From positions 202,657 to 266,656 of the forward strand of contig JAFTMH010000002.1 of the NCBI GenBank assembly GCA_017452445.1: a DNA stretch of 64,000 nt. Reading direction: 5' to 3'. Below the pieces are notes generated by a model that was given only the letters and a program-made list of their open reading frames with translations, made no database searches and had not been told where the DNA came from. Position 1 is the stretch's first letter. The number at the start of each line of letters is the position of its first letter. Made by a program: the position numbers and the translations under genes. Origin of the DNA: Clostridia bacterium. Lineage in GTDB: Bacteria; Bacillota; Clostridia; Christensenellales; UBA1242. Shown here in pieces: positions 24,101-39,100 of the stretch.

Positions 24101-27100
24101 GTGCTTGCAATTTTGGCAAACACTTATGGTTCGATTGCAATTACTGCAACATGGAAAGCAAACGAATATACAATCACACTCAATCAAAACAGTGCCGATG
24201 TTGAAGGCACAACAAGTGTTGTTGCAACTTACGACAGCAACACATTAAGCAAGGCAATCTCAAATCCAAGACGCACAGGATACACATTCCTTGGTTGGGC
24301 TAAGACTCAAAACGGAAACGATTTGATCATTGATGTTGCCGGCAAATTGATTGCAAACACAGACTACACTGGCGAAAATGGCATTTGGCAACATGTCGGC
24401 GATGTGGAATTGTTTGCAGAATGGAAAGTTCACAAATATACAATCAAGTTCCACGCAAACACAGGCGCAGGAACTATGGCTGATCTTCAAATGACATACA
24501 ACACTGCACAAACACTCACACCAAACGGATTCACAAAACTCGGTTATGATTTCACTGGTTGGGCAACAAGTGCAAATGGAAATGTTGTTTACACTGATCA
24601 ACAAGAAGTCATAAATCTTACATCGGTAGATGGCGATGTGCTCAACTTCTATGCAATTTGGGTTGCAAGAAATGATATTGAATACAGTATTGAAATTTAT
24701 CAAATGGACACTGCTGGCAATTATCCAGAAACTGTCGAACCTATTGTAAGAAATGACGGAACTACTGACACAAATCTTAGAATCGAACAAATCACTGAAG
24801 GTGCAAAAACAACAGCAATCTCAATCAACGAGGTTACTTACTCTTTCGCCGGCTTTGTTGTAGACACTAATCTCTCAACATTGGGAAATATCAATGTAAA
24901 CGCAGACGGCAGCGCTCTCGTGAAACTCTACTTCATCAGAAATACATATGTGCTCACAATCCGTGCACAAGCAGGAACAACTGTTAAAGTAAAAGAAGTT
25001 GCTAGGGTTGACGGAACTCAACTTACTATGTATTTTGAAGAAGAATTTACTCTTGAAACAATCCTTTGGGAAGGTTACACATGGGAAGGATATTCTGCAA
25101 CAGGCACACCACTTCTTAAACTTGTGGCAGACAACATGGCAGCTCAAACAGCGCAAATGGGCATGGGCGATGCAGAAATCACATCTCAAGCAACAATTGA
25201 TTCTTACAAATTGACAATCAAGCCAAATGGTGGCGTATACGAAGGTAGCGAAAGCGACATTGTTATCGAACAAACTTATGGTTCGACATACACAGTTGCA
25301 AACCCAACCAGAGTTGGTTACACATTTATGGGTTGGGTTGTTGACCCTGAAGCAAACTCAAACAGACTTGATGCAGGGGTTTATACTTTTGGTGTTGGCG
25401 TAAACACAACAGGAGTTGGTGATGACACAATCATCGCTCAATGGAAAGTAAACAGATACAAAGTTGTTCTTGATCTCAACGACAGCAAAGCTGGAAACGG
25501 AACAACAAGAGCAGTCACAACAATCGGCACAGAAGTTGGTGGACTTATCGAAATGTATGTGACATATGACACAAACTATGATGCAATGTATTTGCAAGAA
25601 GAAGGTGGCGAACCTATCGCTGTTGAAGACTTTACTGATACAGTGATTACAAGAAATGGTTATAGATTTGTTGGCTTCTATACAGAAAGAAACTTGCTTG
25701 CAGCAAATGACAACAAGGGCACACAAATCACCAATTCAACACACTTCTTGACAGCAAATGATGACACAATAATCTATGCTAAGTGGGAATACAAACTTGT
25801 AAACTACACAGTAGAACACTATAAAGCAAACCTTGGCACTTATGGTGATCTTGACACAACAAATAGCACACTTGCAAAAGACGAACACGGAAATGATCTT
25901 GTTGAAGTCTTCCAAGCATACACAGACAGCACACAAACACCAGCAGTAAAAACATTTGAAGGATTTACTTCTCCAAACGCTCAATCTGTTGTTGTTGATG
26001 CAAACGGTGTGACACTTGTAAGATACTTCTACGCAAGAAATTCTTACATCTTTGTCTTGCTTGCAGGAAACGGTGTTGCTTCTGTTGGGGCAAGTGGAAC
26101 AGGTGTAAAACTTGACGCAACAAGCACAGAAGTTGCAAGAAGATATGATGTTCAATATGACGCAGAAGTTTCTTTGACTGCAACAAACAAAACAGGTTAC
26201 ACCTTGACAGGTTGGGATACTGCTTCAGGCATTGTGATTGCTGAAAACAAATTCAATATGCCTGCAAAACTTGTAAATGTTACTGCTACGGCAGAACCAA
26301 ACAGATACAAAGTTGTGTTTGATACAAATTCTACAGACGATGTTACAGCGTCACAACCTGTGACAAATGGAAAAATCACTTTGTATGCCGAATTTGACAG
26401 CACTTGGGCTGTGCTTTACACAAACAAGCAAGTTACTGCTGGCGAACAAGAAGTTTTGTTTGACGCTCTCAATCCACAACGCACCGGACACACATTTAAT
26501 GGTTGGTATACAACTGCATACGAAGCAGATGGCACGGTTGACCTTGCAACACGCATTTACAGCACAACCGGATTTGCAACAGCAAACGATGACACTGTGA
26601 TTTATGCAAATTGGACAATCAACACATACAAACTCACAATTGACTATCGCTACTTTGATAACACAGAAGCAAAACCTACATTTGAAAGAGTGCTTAAGTT
26701 TAGAGAAAGCATCAGCGTTGACAGTGCTCTCATTTATGGATACACTGCCGACTTTACAAACATCACAATCGACTCAATGCCAGCAAATGATGTTGAAAAG
26801 ACTGTTACATACAATGCAAACAAATACAACATCACTTACAATTTGGCAAAAGGTAAATGGTCAGATGGCGAAACACCAATGACTGAATATACAATCAGAG
26901 ATTCGATTGTGTTTGCACAAGCAGAAAGACTTGGCTACACATTTGTTGGCTGGAAAGTTACAAGCGAATATGCTAATTTGGTTGATGGAAACTTTGTGAA
27001 AGACACAATCTATACAGAAACTTCAGTAAATGCTGGTATGTATGGAAATGTTGACTTTGAAGCACAATGGGAAGCAAACAGAACAACACCATACATGGTT

Positions 27101-30100
27101 TATTTGCACAAGATGAACACCGTTGGTGGATATGATGCTTCTGGACTTTCAAGCGAAGAAAGAAGAGATGGTATCACAGATCAATATCTCGAAACAGAAA
27201 TCAATGCAGATTTGACAATTGTTACAATCAACGAAGTTGCATACTCATTTGATGGATTTACAATCGACACAGTGACAACTGGAAACATTAGTGAAATTCT
27301 TGTTCAACCAGACGGTTCTTCACAAATCCACATTTATTTTGCAAGAAATACTTACACATTGACAATTTATGCCCAAGAAGGAACAACCGTAAAAGTTAAG
27401 GGCGATCAAGTTGAAGATGCTTCGACACATACATTGTATTTTGAAGAAGAATTTGCACTTGAAACAATCCTTTGGGAAGGTTACACATGGCAAAACTATG
27501 TTGCTGGTGGAACTCCACTTCTTGTCCTTGCAACAGATAAAATTGGCTCTCAAATTGTCAAGATGGGTATGGGCGATGCAACAGTCACATCTCAAGCAAA
27601 GATCAATGAATATACACTTACAATCAATCCAAACGAAGGTCAATACAATGCTAGTGGTGAAGTGTGCGCAGTGACACAAAACTACGGAAGCACATATCAA
27701 CTTTTGGTTGCAGGAAGGGTTGGTTACACATTTGTAGGTTGGAAGTTTACAACCCAAGCAAACGCTGGCAGATTGGTTGGCGATACTTATACATTTGGTA
27801 TTGGTGTAAACACAACAGGCGTTGGCGATGACACAATCACAGCACAATGGAAAGCAAACAGATATGAAGTTGTGCTCAACTTCAATGATTCAAACTTCAA
27901 TGTTGGATCAACTGCTGCTGACATTTCAGCAATCACAACAAACGAAGGAAACAAGCTTGTTGCTACAAACGGATTGTTGAGCTTGTATGCTATCTACGAT
28001 GTAAGCTATGCAAAACTTTATGTAAGCGATGATGAAACTGCTTCAAACGGCGCTGAATATGTTACATTTGCAGATTTTGCTCACCCTGCAGTTGACAGAG
28101 TTGGTTACGAATTTGTGACATTTGCATCTTCAACCGAAGAAGATGGCGAAGTTGTCAATTCTTCAACAGTATGTCATACAGCCGGAAGTGTGACAATCTA
28201 CGCAATCTGGCAAGTTGAATCATACACATTGACAATCGAAAAAACATTGCCAAAAGTTTCGGTGGCTGTCGAAAATGCAACAGAAATTGCTGCAGACAAA
28301 TATACAGTTGTGTTTGACACAACAATCACATTGACTGCAACAATGGATATTGGTTATCACTTCGTTAAGTGGACAGAAGATGAATTTGATCTTTCTACTT
28401 CACTCGAATTGATTTACACTTATGTGCAAGACAATGACACAACAATCACAGCAAATGTTGCTCCAAACACATATGAAATTGCATATCATGCAAACACAGG
28501 TGTTGGATCTATTCAATCAACTCCAGCGACATATGATGTTGAAGTTGTTTTGAGTGACGGAACAGGATTTACAAAACTTGGTTACACACAAGTTGGCTGG
28601 GAATGCGAAGGTCAATCTTATGACTTGGCTGACACAGTTGTCAATTTGACAACACAAGACAACGGTGTTGTGACAATGATGGCTGTTTGGAGAGCAAACA
28701 CATACAATGTTTCATTTGAAACAAACAACGGAAGTGCAGTTGCAAACACATCTGCAACTTACGATCAAGCAAAACCAATTGAAGAGACAACATTGAGAGC
28801 TGGCTACAGATTCCTCGGTTGGTCAACAGTAAACGGAAAAGAATCAAATCACACAGAATTGACTGCCGAACAACTTGCAGGCAAAGATGTGACAACATAT
28901 TTGATTGAAAACAACAAAGCAAATGGCATCTATTTGTATAACGAAGTTTACTATATGTTCAACTTGAGTGCCGAACATGGTGGCGAAGTTGTTGTTTATG
29001 CGATTTGGACTCCAGATTATGCTCCATATAGATTGGAATATTATTTGGAAGGATTGGACGGCGATTATGTGCTTGATACAGAAATTGTAGAAACAGGTCT
29101 TGAAATTGACAGAAATTCTACAACAATCACTGATCAATTTACAGAAACAGTTGTTTCAATTCCACAACTTACTTATTATGGATTTACTCTTGATCTCAAC
29201 AATCCAAACACAATTTTGACAGGCGCTGTCATTGGTGATGGATCACTTGTTTTGAGAGTTTATTACACAAGAAACACATACAGCATTGACTTTATTATTC
29301 CTGCTCTTGGCGTTGACAGCGTTTCAGCAACAAGTGAGCACGAAGTTGATGAAGATGTGTTCAAATACAACAGTTCGGTTACTGTTGGTGTTGTTCAATC
29401 AAAAGGTTACAGATTGGACGGCATCGTATGTGGATTGTTGGAGGTTGAAGCTGCAGAATTGCCTTACACATTCTTGCTTCACGAAGATATGGCATTTGAA
29501 GTTAAAGTTACTGCATTGCCATTTGAATATATTGTAAAATACAGATTTGAATCTTTGGACGACACAACTCTTTACGAAGAAAATCTTGCTCTTGTGACAG
29601 ACAAGACAAAGATTGATCTTGTTGATGTGCTTATCGATTATGACAAGATTGCTGACGACATCGAAGATGTGGCTGGATTTAGTTATGAAAGATTTGAAGG
29701 TGGCATCGTAAAACCGGTTGTCGACCCAGGCGATCAAAATTTGATTGTTACAATCTATTATTCAAGAAATTATTATTCACTTGCTTTGCAACTTACAACA
29801 GGTATTTCACAACTCGAGGCAATCACAGATCCTTTGAAGGTTGTTGAAGAAACTGAAAATGTTGCTGAAGGCACAAAACTTTATTCTGTAAGATACGAAG
29901 CGAGAGTAGATCTTGTCTATGATACCGAACCTGGCTATGCTTATGGCAGTTGGTCAGATGAAATTGTTGTGGGTGAAGATCCTGATTGGTATATTGCATC
30001 TATGCCATCAGAAAACTTGAGCATCTATATGAATGGACGCACATTGCCTGCTGATGTAACAATCAAATATTTCTTTAGAGATATGGCAGACAGCAAGTGG

Positions 30101-33100
30101 GTTTATGATGCAGATGAAGATCAAGTTGTAAAACACTTGTATACAGCAAGCGAAATTGAAAGCGTTGAAGGTCTTGGACTTAAGACATACGATGGATTTA
30201 CATTCTCTACTTTCCAAACAGGAGTTATTGTCAAAGGTGACGGAACTTCTACATTGGATGTATTCTATTCAAGAAATTCTATCCAAGTTTCAGTTTCAAT
30301 GACAGAAGGTGTTGCTTCAGTAAGAGCTTTTGTCAACGAAGAAGGTGGCGCTTATAGATTGGACTTCAACTTTACAGAAGATGGACAATTCTCGTTGAAA
30401 TATGGTGCAACTGCAACATTGACTTATGTGTTGTCAACAGATGGCTACAGATGGGTTGATTTTGAAGGGGCAACACAAGTTGGAAATGCTTACACAATCA
30501 CTGCAGGCATTGAAGACATTTCAGTGAGAGCTGTTGCTGAAAACAAAGTTTATACAATCACATTCTATGGATACGACACTGATGTTGATGTTGTGACTCA
30601 ACAAGCAACATACAACAGAACTGTGATTTTGACACCAAACACATTTACAAGAGTGGGATATACTTACAAAGAATGGAACACTGTTGCAGATGAAAGCGGC
30701 GTGGTTTACACAGATCAACAAGAATTTAACTATTTGCTCACAGCAGATCTCGAATTGCACGCAATTTGGTCACCTATTGCATACAAAGTTGTTTATGACG
30801 GAAATATGGCAACAGGTGGCGAAATGACAGGCCATGATGAAATCTTCTATGATGCACCATTCACACTTAAGAAAAACTTGTATGTTCGTACAGGTTACAC
30901 ATTCAAAGAATGGAACAGAAATGCAGACGGCACAGGCGAATCATTTGCTGACGAACAAGAAGGAGTTGTAAACCTTACTTCAACAGCAGGCGAAACTGTT
31001 GTGTTGTATGTAATCTGGAATGAAAACACTTATACATTGCAATATAACTCAAATTATACATCTGTTTGCGAAAAAGAAGATGTTTTGAGTGCTGCTGAAA
31101 CATATCTCTATACAGAAAATATTGCGATTAAGCATGCTGATGACCTTGGTTATGAAGTGCAAGGATACACATTTGTTGGCTGGACGGTGGAAATTGAAGG
31201 GGTTGAAACTGTTGTTTATGCAGATGACATTCTCCGTTCGCTTACAAGCACACCAAATGGCAGTGTGATTGCACACGCAATTTGGGAAGCAAACAAATAT
31301 ATCATCAAGTTTAATGCAAACACTGGTATAGGTGAAATGGAAGATGTGAGAGCAACTTATGACGAACCTCTCAACCTTCCAAAAGCAACATTTACAAAGA
31401 TTGGTTACACATTTGATGGCTGGAACAGCAAGCCTGATCGCACAGGTGACGAATATGCTGATGAGGCAGAAGTTATCAACCTTGCTCCAGAAGGTGAATT
31501 TGTCCTTTATGCACAATGGAAGACAATCACTTACACAATCACATATCTTGCAAATCTTGAAGGATTTGCCGGTGGATTTGATGGTGTTGAGGGCGAAACT
31601 TATACATCAACATTTACAATCGAAGATGAAGTTCATCTTGTGATCGAACCATTCTTGTCAAAGATTGGACACACATTGCTTGGTTATACTTTTGAAGCGT
31701 CAGAAGGAAATTGGCAAGAAGTGTTCTCGGGAGACATTGACCTTAATACTCTCGAAGATGAAATCCTTGATGTGGGCATTTATGGAAATGTTACATTGAA
31801 GGCAAAATGGTTTGTAAACTCTTATGATTTGACTGTTGTTTACAACTATCAAAACGGAACAACTGCTGCTGAAACAGTAGTTCAATCAATCAAATATATG
31901 CAACCATACGAAGTTGCATCTCCAATCATCACTGGATATACAGCAGACATTTTGGTTGTTGAAGGAATTATGGACGAACTCGGCAAGACAATTGTCGTAA
32001 CATACATTCCAAACAAATATAAGATCACATTTGATCTCAACAATGCAATCGGAACAGGTGCAACAACAATTGAATACACAGAAGCAATCGTAACTTACGA
32101 CAGCAAGTATGCCCTTGCAACAGTTGAAGGGGTTGAAAGAGGTCTTGTCTTCCCAACAAGAAGAGGTTATGACTTTGTTGGCTGGTATTTCGATCAAGCA
32201 CTTACATTGCTTGTTGTAAACAATGACACTGTTAAGATTGTTGAAGACACAACGCTTTACGCTAAGTGGCAAGCAAGAAATGACACCAAGTTTACAGTGC
32301 TTTACAACTTTGAAAGTTTGGACGGCAAGTCTTACGAATTTAAGACAGAAGTTCCATCTTTGGAAGGTCAGGGCTACACCGATACTATGGTTACCGAACA
32401 AATGGTGGTAGATTTGACTGGTGGAGCATTGCCAACTTTGGCAGGATTTGCTTACACTCACACAATCTACGCATCACTTGATGCAGATGTGCAAGCACAA
32501 ATCAATGTTTACTATTCAAGAAGTTACTTTGATTTGGATCTCTCGACCACAATCGGTATCACAACATTTACTGCTTCGGCTCAACAACAACCTGATGCAG
32601 ATCAAGAAGAAACTTTCTACATCACAAATGTTGGCGAAGGAAACTATTATGTAAGATTTGAAACAACAATTATTCTTGCATACACAATCGACAATCCTGG
32701 TTATGAATTTGTTGCTTATTCGAGCGAACAGGTCGATGCAACAAGTGGACAATTTGACATGATTGCCGACAGAGTTGAAGTTTTGGCTTCTGCAAAACCA
32801 AAACCATACACAATCACCTTTATCGGAAACAATGGTGCAACAGAAGATGGAGACACAACATATCTTCAATCTGGCACAAACATCTATCGCGAAACAATCG
32901 TGCTTGATGCAACTCAATTTACCCGCACAGGTTACACCTTTGCAGGTTGGGCATTGACAGAAGAAAAGGCAGATGCAAGAGAATATGATTATGCAGATCA
33001 AGCAGAATTTATGTTGGAAGTATACAGCGAAAATGTAAATCTCTGGGCTGTTTGGGATCCAATCCCATACAAGTTCTACATTGAAGGCACTGCTGGCATT

Positions 33101-36100
33101 GATGCATCACAAGTCACAATCTTTGTTGATGGAGAGTTGTTCCCATACGAAGAAGAAATGATTGTTTATTACGATCAAATTGTGAGAATTTATCACACAT
33201 ACACAATTGAGGAAGAAACAAAATCTGCACTCAAGGGTGGTTATGACTTTACAAGTTTCAATCTTGGTGACGAAGTTCAATCAACAGGTGCGTTCTACGA
33301 ATTTATTTTCCACGGCGAGACTTTGGTTACTTTGGTTGCAACACCAAGAAATGACACTAAGTTTAGAGTTGTTTACAAACTCGAAAACATTGCTAGAGAT
33401 GGTTATGAAGTAGATGAAGAAATCATTGCAGAAGGCACAACAGACAAACTTGTGACTTATGACTATTTGATAGAACTTGGTTTGGTGCGCACTTACACAG
33501 GTTTTGATTATTCGACATTTGTTGATGAAAACGAACAAGAAGAAATCTTCATTATCTACAGCAATGACAATCCTGAAGGTTATGCAGTTGTTTGCATCAA
33601 ATATGTGAGATTGCACTATAGTTTGATCCTCAACACATCAGTTGGAGTTCAAATATTTGTGCCAAATGTAAAAGACGCAAGCACAATCACACAACTTCCA
33701 GATCAATATCGTGTATACTATCAAGCTTCATTTGAATTGCAACTTGATATGTATCCAGGTTATAGATTCCTTGATTTTGTGGTTACTGCACAAGAAGCAC
33801 AAGGCTCAGAAAGTCTTGGCACAACAGAAGCCGTTCAACTCGAATTGAGAGAAGATGGATATTATTATGGCGAAAAACTTATTATGAGTTTTGTAGCAAA
33901 CGAAGAAACTGGATATTATGATGTGATCATGGCGCCTTATGACATCACAATCACAACTCAATCCGAACCTATCGTTTACACATTTACATATCACAGATAT
34001 CTCAACGAAGAAGATGAAGAAACATTCAGTGAAGAAGTCACATTCAACACTGCATACACAATTTACTATCCTTCAAACATCAAAGAAGGTTGGTCAAAAC
34101 TTGGTTATGACTTCATTGGTTGGGCGACAACAAAAGAAGAAGCAATTGCACAAATCCCAGTTTACACTTATGATGAAACATTGGCAGATTTGCAATTTGA
34201 ACATTATCTTGATCCAAACGATACAGAACTTTGGGCTGTTTGGATCCCTGCAGACAACACTTACAAGATTGAATATTATTTTGAAAGTGTTGACGGAACA
34301 TACAGTTTGAACGAAGACAAAACTGCCGACAAGATTGGCAAGACAGATTCGACAGCAAATTATGAATTGCTTCCAGTGGAAGAAGTTGTTGGATTTGAAT
34401 TCTTCCCAGATCATGAAGGATCAGTTTTGAGTGCAAACATTGACCCAGCAGGTGATATGGTGCTCAAAGTTTACTACAAGCGTATTTGGTATGATGTGAT
34501 TGTAAATTATGACATCGGTATCGAATATGTTAGAGTGGCAGCAGGTGCAAACTCTACTGTTGAAGAAGAAACAACAGGCAAGATTGTTGTGAAAGTTAAA
34601 TTTGGTGCAAATGTAACTGTTTCATACAAAGAAAACCCTGGTTATACATTTGTTGAATATGTTGAAAAAACTCAAATGGGCGTTGAAGTTGACGGAACAT
34701 TCGTAATGCCAGCAGGCAATGTAGAATTTGATGCAATTTCACAACCAAACATTTATACTTTGACATTCAAAAACGGATTTAAGCCAGAGCTTGCAGATGA
34801 TTACACACAACAATATGTGTTTGCAACATATATGCCTTTGGAACCAAACAGATTTGTTAGACCTGGTTATACATTTATTGGTTGGGACATCACAATTGGA
34901 GAAGAAACAACTCGCTATGAAGATTGTCAATCATTGCTTTACAATCACCCAGACGATTTGGTAGCTATCGCAATTTGGGAAGCAAATCCAGATACACCTT
35001 ATGTGGTTGAATATTACACACAAAAGATTGACGGAACTTTCGAGTTGGCAGAAGCTGTAAACCTTGTAGGTAGAACAGACACAGAAATCACCGAAGAAAT
35101 TGTGTTTGCTGCTTACATCAACACTTCAATCAACAAACAAGGTTACGCATTCAGCCGTATGAGAGATGATGCTCCACTCATCAATGGTGACGGAAGCACA
35201 GTGACAGGAGTCGAATATGTTTTGGTTGATATGGATGTAAGATTTAGCATGTCAAAACCAAACACTGATCCACCAGAATTGGCGGCTGGTATTGACAATG
35301 TAGTTATCAACTATTTGGATCCTGAAGGTGATGTTGAAAACCAATTGGTTAACACAGAAGATATTGTTCCAATCAAATACACATCAACACTTAAAATCAA
35401 AGTGACAGCAAAAGAAGGATATCAACTTTTGAGAATTGTCATCACAACAGCAACAACAAGAATTGAATATTTGAGGACTGATGTTGGTGAAGACGGATTC
35501 TTTACTTATGTGGTGCCTTCAGAAAGCGTTACTGTAAGAATTGAAGTAGAACCTAAAGAATATGTGATCACATATTACAAAAACTTTAAAGAAGAAGGCG
35601 AATTTACAACTCAAAGAGTGAGATATCTTGAAAGAGTTGTGTTTAACGGTTACTTCTCTGAAACAGGCTATACTTTGCTTGGTTGGTCAACAGATCCATT
35701 GGCTACAGAAGCAGAATATCGCATCAATCATGTGCTTGAACAATATACTTGGACAGAAGATATTGCAATGCATGCAATTTGGCTTGAAAACGAATATACA
35801 ATCGCTTACAACTCAAACACTGCAGAAGGCGAAATTGAATCTGTTGTTGTCAAGTATAGTCAAGTATACAAACTTGCAAGTGCAAGTGCGTTTACAAAGA
35901 CAGGTTACAAATTTGTCGCATGGACAACAGACACTACAAACGCAAATCAAGTTGTCGAAGTGCCAGAAATATCACAAATTGAGGATAGAGGCATTTACAA
36001 AAACCTTGCTGATGGTGAATATTATGTGACAAAGATGGTGACAGGCACACTTGGCGATGACACTGTTGAATTGTATGCAGTTTGGACACCAATCGAATAC

Positions 36101-39100
36101 ACAATCAAATATGCTTATGATGAAAGAGAACAACAAACCCTTTCACTTGGCACATTCAAATATGATCAAACCTACAAACTCAGAGCATTTGAAGTTGTTG
36201 CTTGGACAAACAGAGGTTATGACTTTATTGGATGGAAATACACAACAGATGATGGCGAACAAATCAACATCTATTGTGAAGAAAATGACATTCCTGAAGT
36301 TACAAATCTTACAACACAAGATGGAAAGATCGTGATGTTGTATGTTATTTGGGGACTTGGAGACTCTCCATTTACAATCAGAATTTTGAAAGAAACTCTT
36401 GATGGTGTTTATGGCGAAACTGAAGGAAACTATATTGACATCACAGGAAACGAAATTCAAACCGAATCTATCGTGACCAGTGACATTGCTTACCACTACT
36501 TTGTGGCAGGCACAGAGTATGACAATATTCAAGGTTATACTTACAACAGAAACAGACAAGATTCTCAAGCAATCTCTGCTGTTGGAAACACAATCGTTAA
36601 GGTGTATTTTGCAAGACAATATTACAATTTGACAATCACTAAAAACGCAACAGTGACCGATGTCACACTTGTATCGTCTGGCACAAACACACATTATTTG
36701 ATCAGCAACACAACAAACGAAAGAGTTTATGCAGTTAAGTATGGCGACAGAGTAACTTTGGGCTTGAGTGAGGCCGAAGGTTACAGCGATGGATATTTTG
36801 AAGTTGACTTGGCAAACAGTGTTGAAGGAACTGTTTTGGAAGCTGACGGCAAATCATTGACCATCGGACCTGGCGACATTACAATCAAAGCAAATGCAGT
36901 TGCAAGTGGCGACACAATCTTTACAATCAAAATTTACAAAGAAACACTTTCTGGCGAATATCAAACACCTGCTTACACAACATATTCAACTGGCGCAACC
37001 GAGAGCGTAGTTGATGTTGATGCTGTGAGAGAACTTGTTGAAAACGAACCAGGATATGATTTCACAGGATTTAGTTTTGGATTTGTAGACGAAAATGTTG
37101 TCATTATGGGTAACGGACAAACCGTTGTCGGAGTTTACTTCACAAGAAACAGCTACAAATTGTCAACAAAAGCGACAAACTATCGTGCAGTTGTCAATAC
37201 GTCTGATGAAGCAAACTACAGATACGAAGCAGAAGCAAGCGTAACAGGAGTGCTCAACAGAGGTTACTCACTTGCAGAAGAAGATATCTGGGTTGAAGAT
37301 TTGGAAGGAAACAAACTCGAAGTTGAATTGTCTGTAACAATTGCTGAGCTTGGAAATGGAACAAAACAATACGCAGTGTTTATCAAAAACATGCCTGCAG
37401 CAGATGCAGTGGTTGTGTTTGCTTCAACAAACAACACAGACACCAAGTTTACTGTTGTTTATATGTTCCAAGACATAACTCTTACAAATTACCTTGAAGA
37501 TGTCAGATATCCTAGAGTGATTAAGACTGGCGAAACAGAACATGTTTTGACAAGAGAAGATATTGGCTTTGACGAACTTGTCGTAGATGGATTTAAGCCA
37601 TCACACAGTTCGATCGACGGCGAAATCGTTGAAATTCTTGGAGACGGATCTGTGATCGTTTACATCTACTTCAACAGAGATCAATTCATTTTGTCTTTGA
37701 CATTTGAAGATCCTATGAATGGTTTGATTGTAGACAGTCTTAGCGTTACTGGACATGGCATTCAAGAACTTACAACTTTGGAATGGTATGTATATTCAGG
37801 TCAAACTGTAACAATTGAGTTTGAACTTGATGCAGGATTCACATTTGGTGGATTTGAAGTCAACGGAATCAAGAGAGAAGAAACTTCAACAAGATTGAGA
37901 GTGGTGATCACTGATTCTGACATGGATGTAACAATCTATATCGTGGCTCAAACCGATATTGAATACAGAATTGAATATTACAGACAAGAATTGGTTGACA
38001 ACAAAGCATCTGACAAATACAACAGAGTTCACTATATCAACTTGCATGGCACAGCAAACGAATATCTCGCTCCAGAAGCATTCCTTGAAATGTATGTAGA
38101 AAACCTTGAATCAATCGAAGGTTATAGACCTGAAATGTTTAAGGGATTGAGATTTGACCATTATGAAGTTTCAATCAAGGGGCTTCCAACTGACCACCCA
38201 GTGGTTTCAGGTGATGGATCAACAATCATCAGATTCTATTACAACAGAATTTTGGTGAATGTTTCATTTGAATACGAAAGCGAGTTTACCGTAAATCATC
38301 TCGAATCACTTTCTGGTGATGGCGAGTATGCATATGGAAGCGAAGTGACTCTTGAAGCAAAAGCAAGACCTGGTTATGTGTTTGATCATTGGACAATCAA
38401 TGGACAAACAATTATGACTCCGACTTACAAATTTGCAATCAATCAAGAAGTTGACTATGTTGTCCTTGTTGGCACAAGACTTGGCGAAGCAGAATATACT
38501 CTCGAACACTACTACGAAATTTTGGGAGATTCTGGACACGAACTCAAGTATACCGACAAAAACAAAGGCACAACCGAATCTGTGATTGATGTTATGTCAG
38601 CGCTTAGAGAAGATCCTGGTTATTCATTCTCTTACTGTGAAAACGGTGCAGAAAACGCAATCATTATGGGTGACGGCTCTACGGTTGTAAGAATCTACTA
38701 TATTATCAACTATGTTGAATTTAAGGTTACATTCTCTGAAGGTGTAGAAAGTGTGCTTGTTGAAGGTTACGGCGATTCAAATTATCTTGAATTGTTGAAC
38801 TACAACGAATACACAAAGATTTACACTTACAGAGCAAAATACACAAAGAGATTGAGTTTGACTGTCGAACTTAAAGCTGGTTACAAGATGTTGGGTTGGA
38901 TCGTTGATGACAATCAACAACCAGAACCAAACTCAAATGTAGCTCGTGGCTTCTTGTTTGATGTTAGACCTGTTGACTTTGTGTTGACTGCTGTTGCAGA
39001 AACAAAGAAGATCGTGATTATTTACGATCCAAACAACAATATCTCAAGTGAAGTTATCGACAACGACGAAGTATTGTACAGAACTTATGCGATTTTGAGA

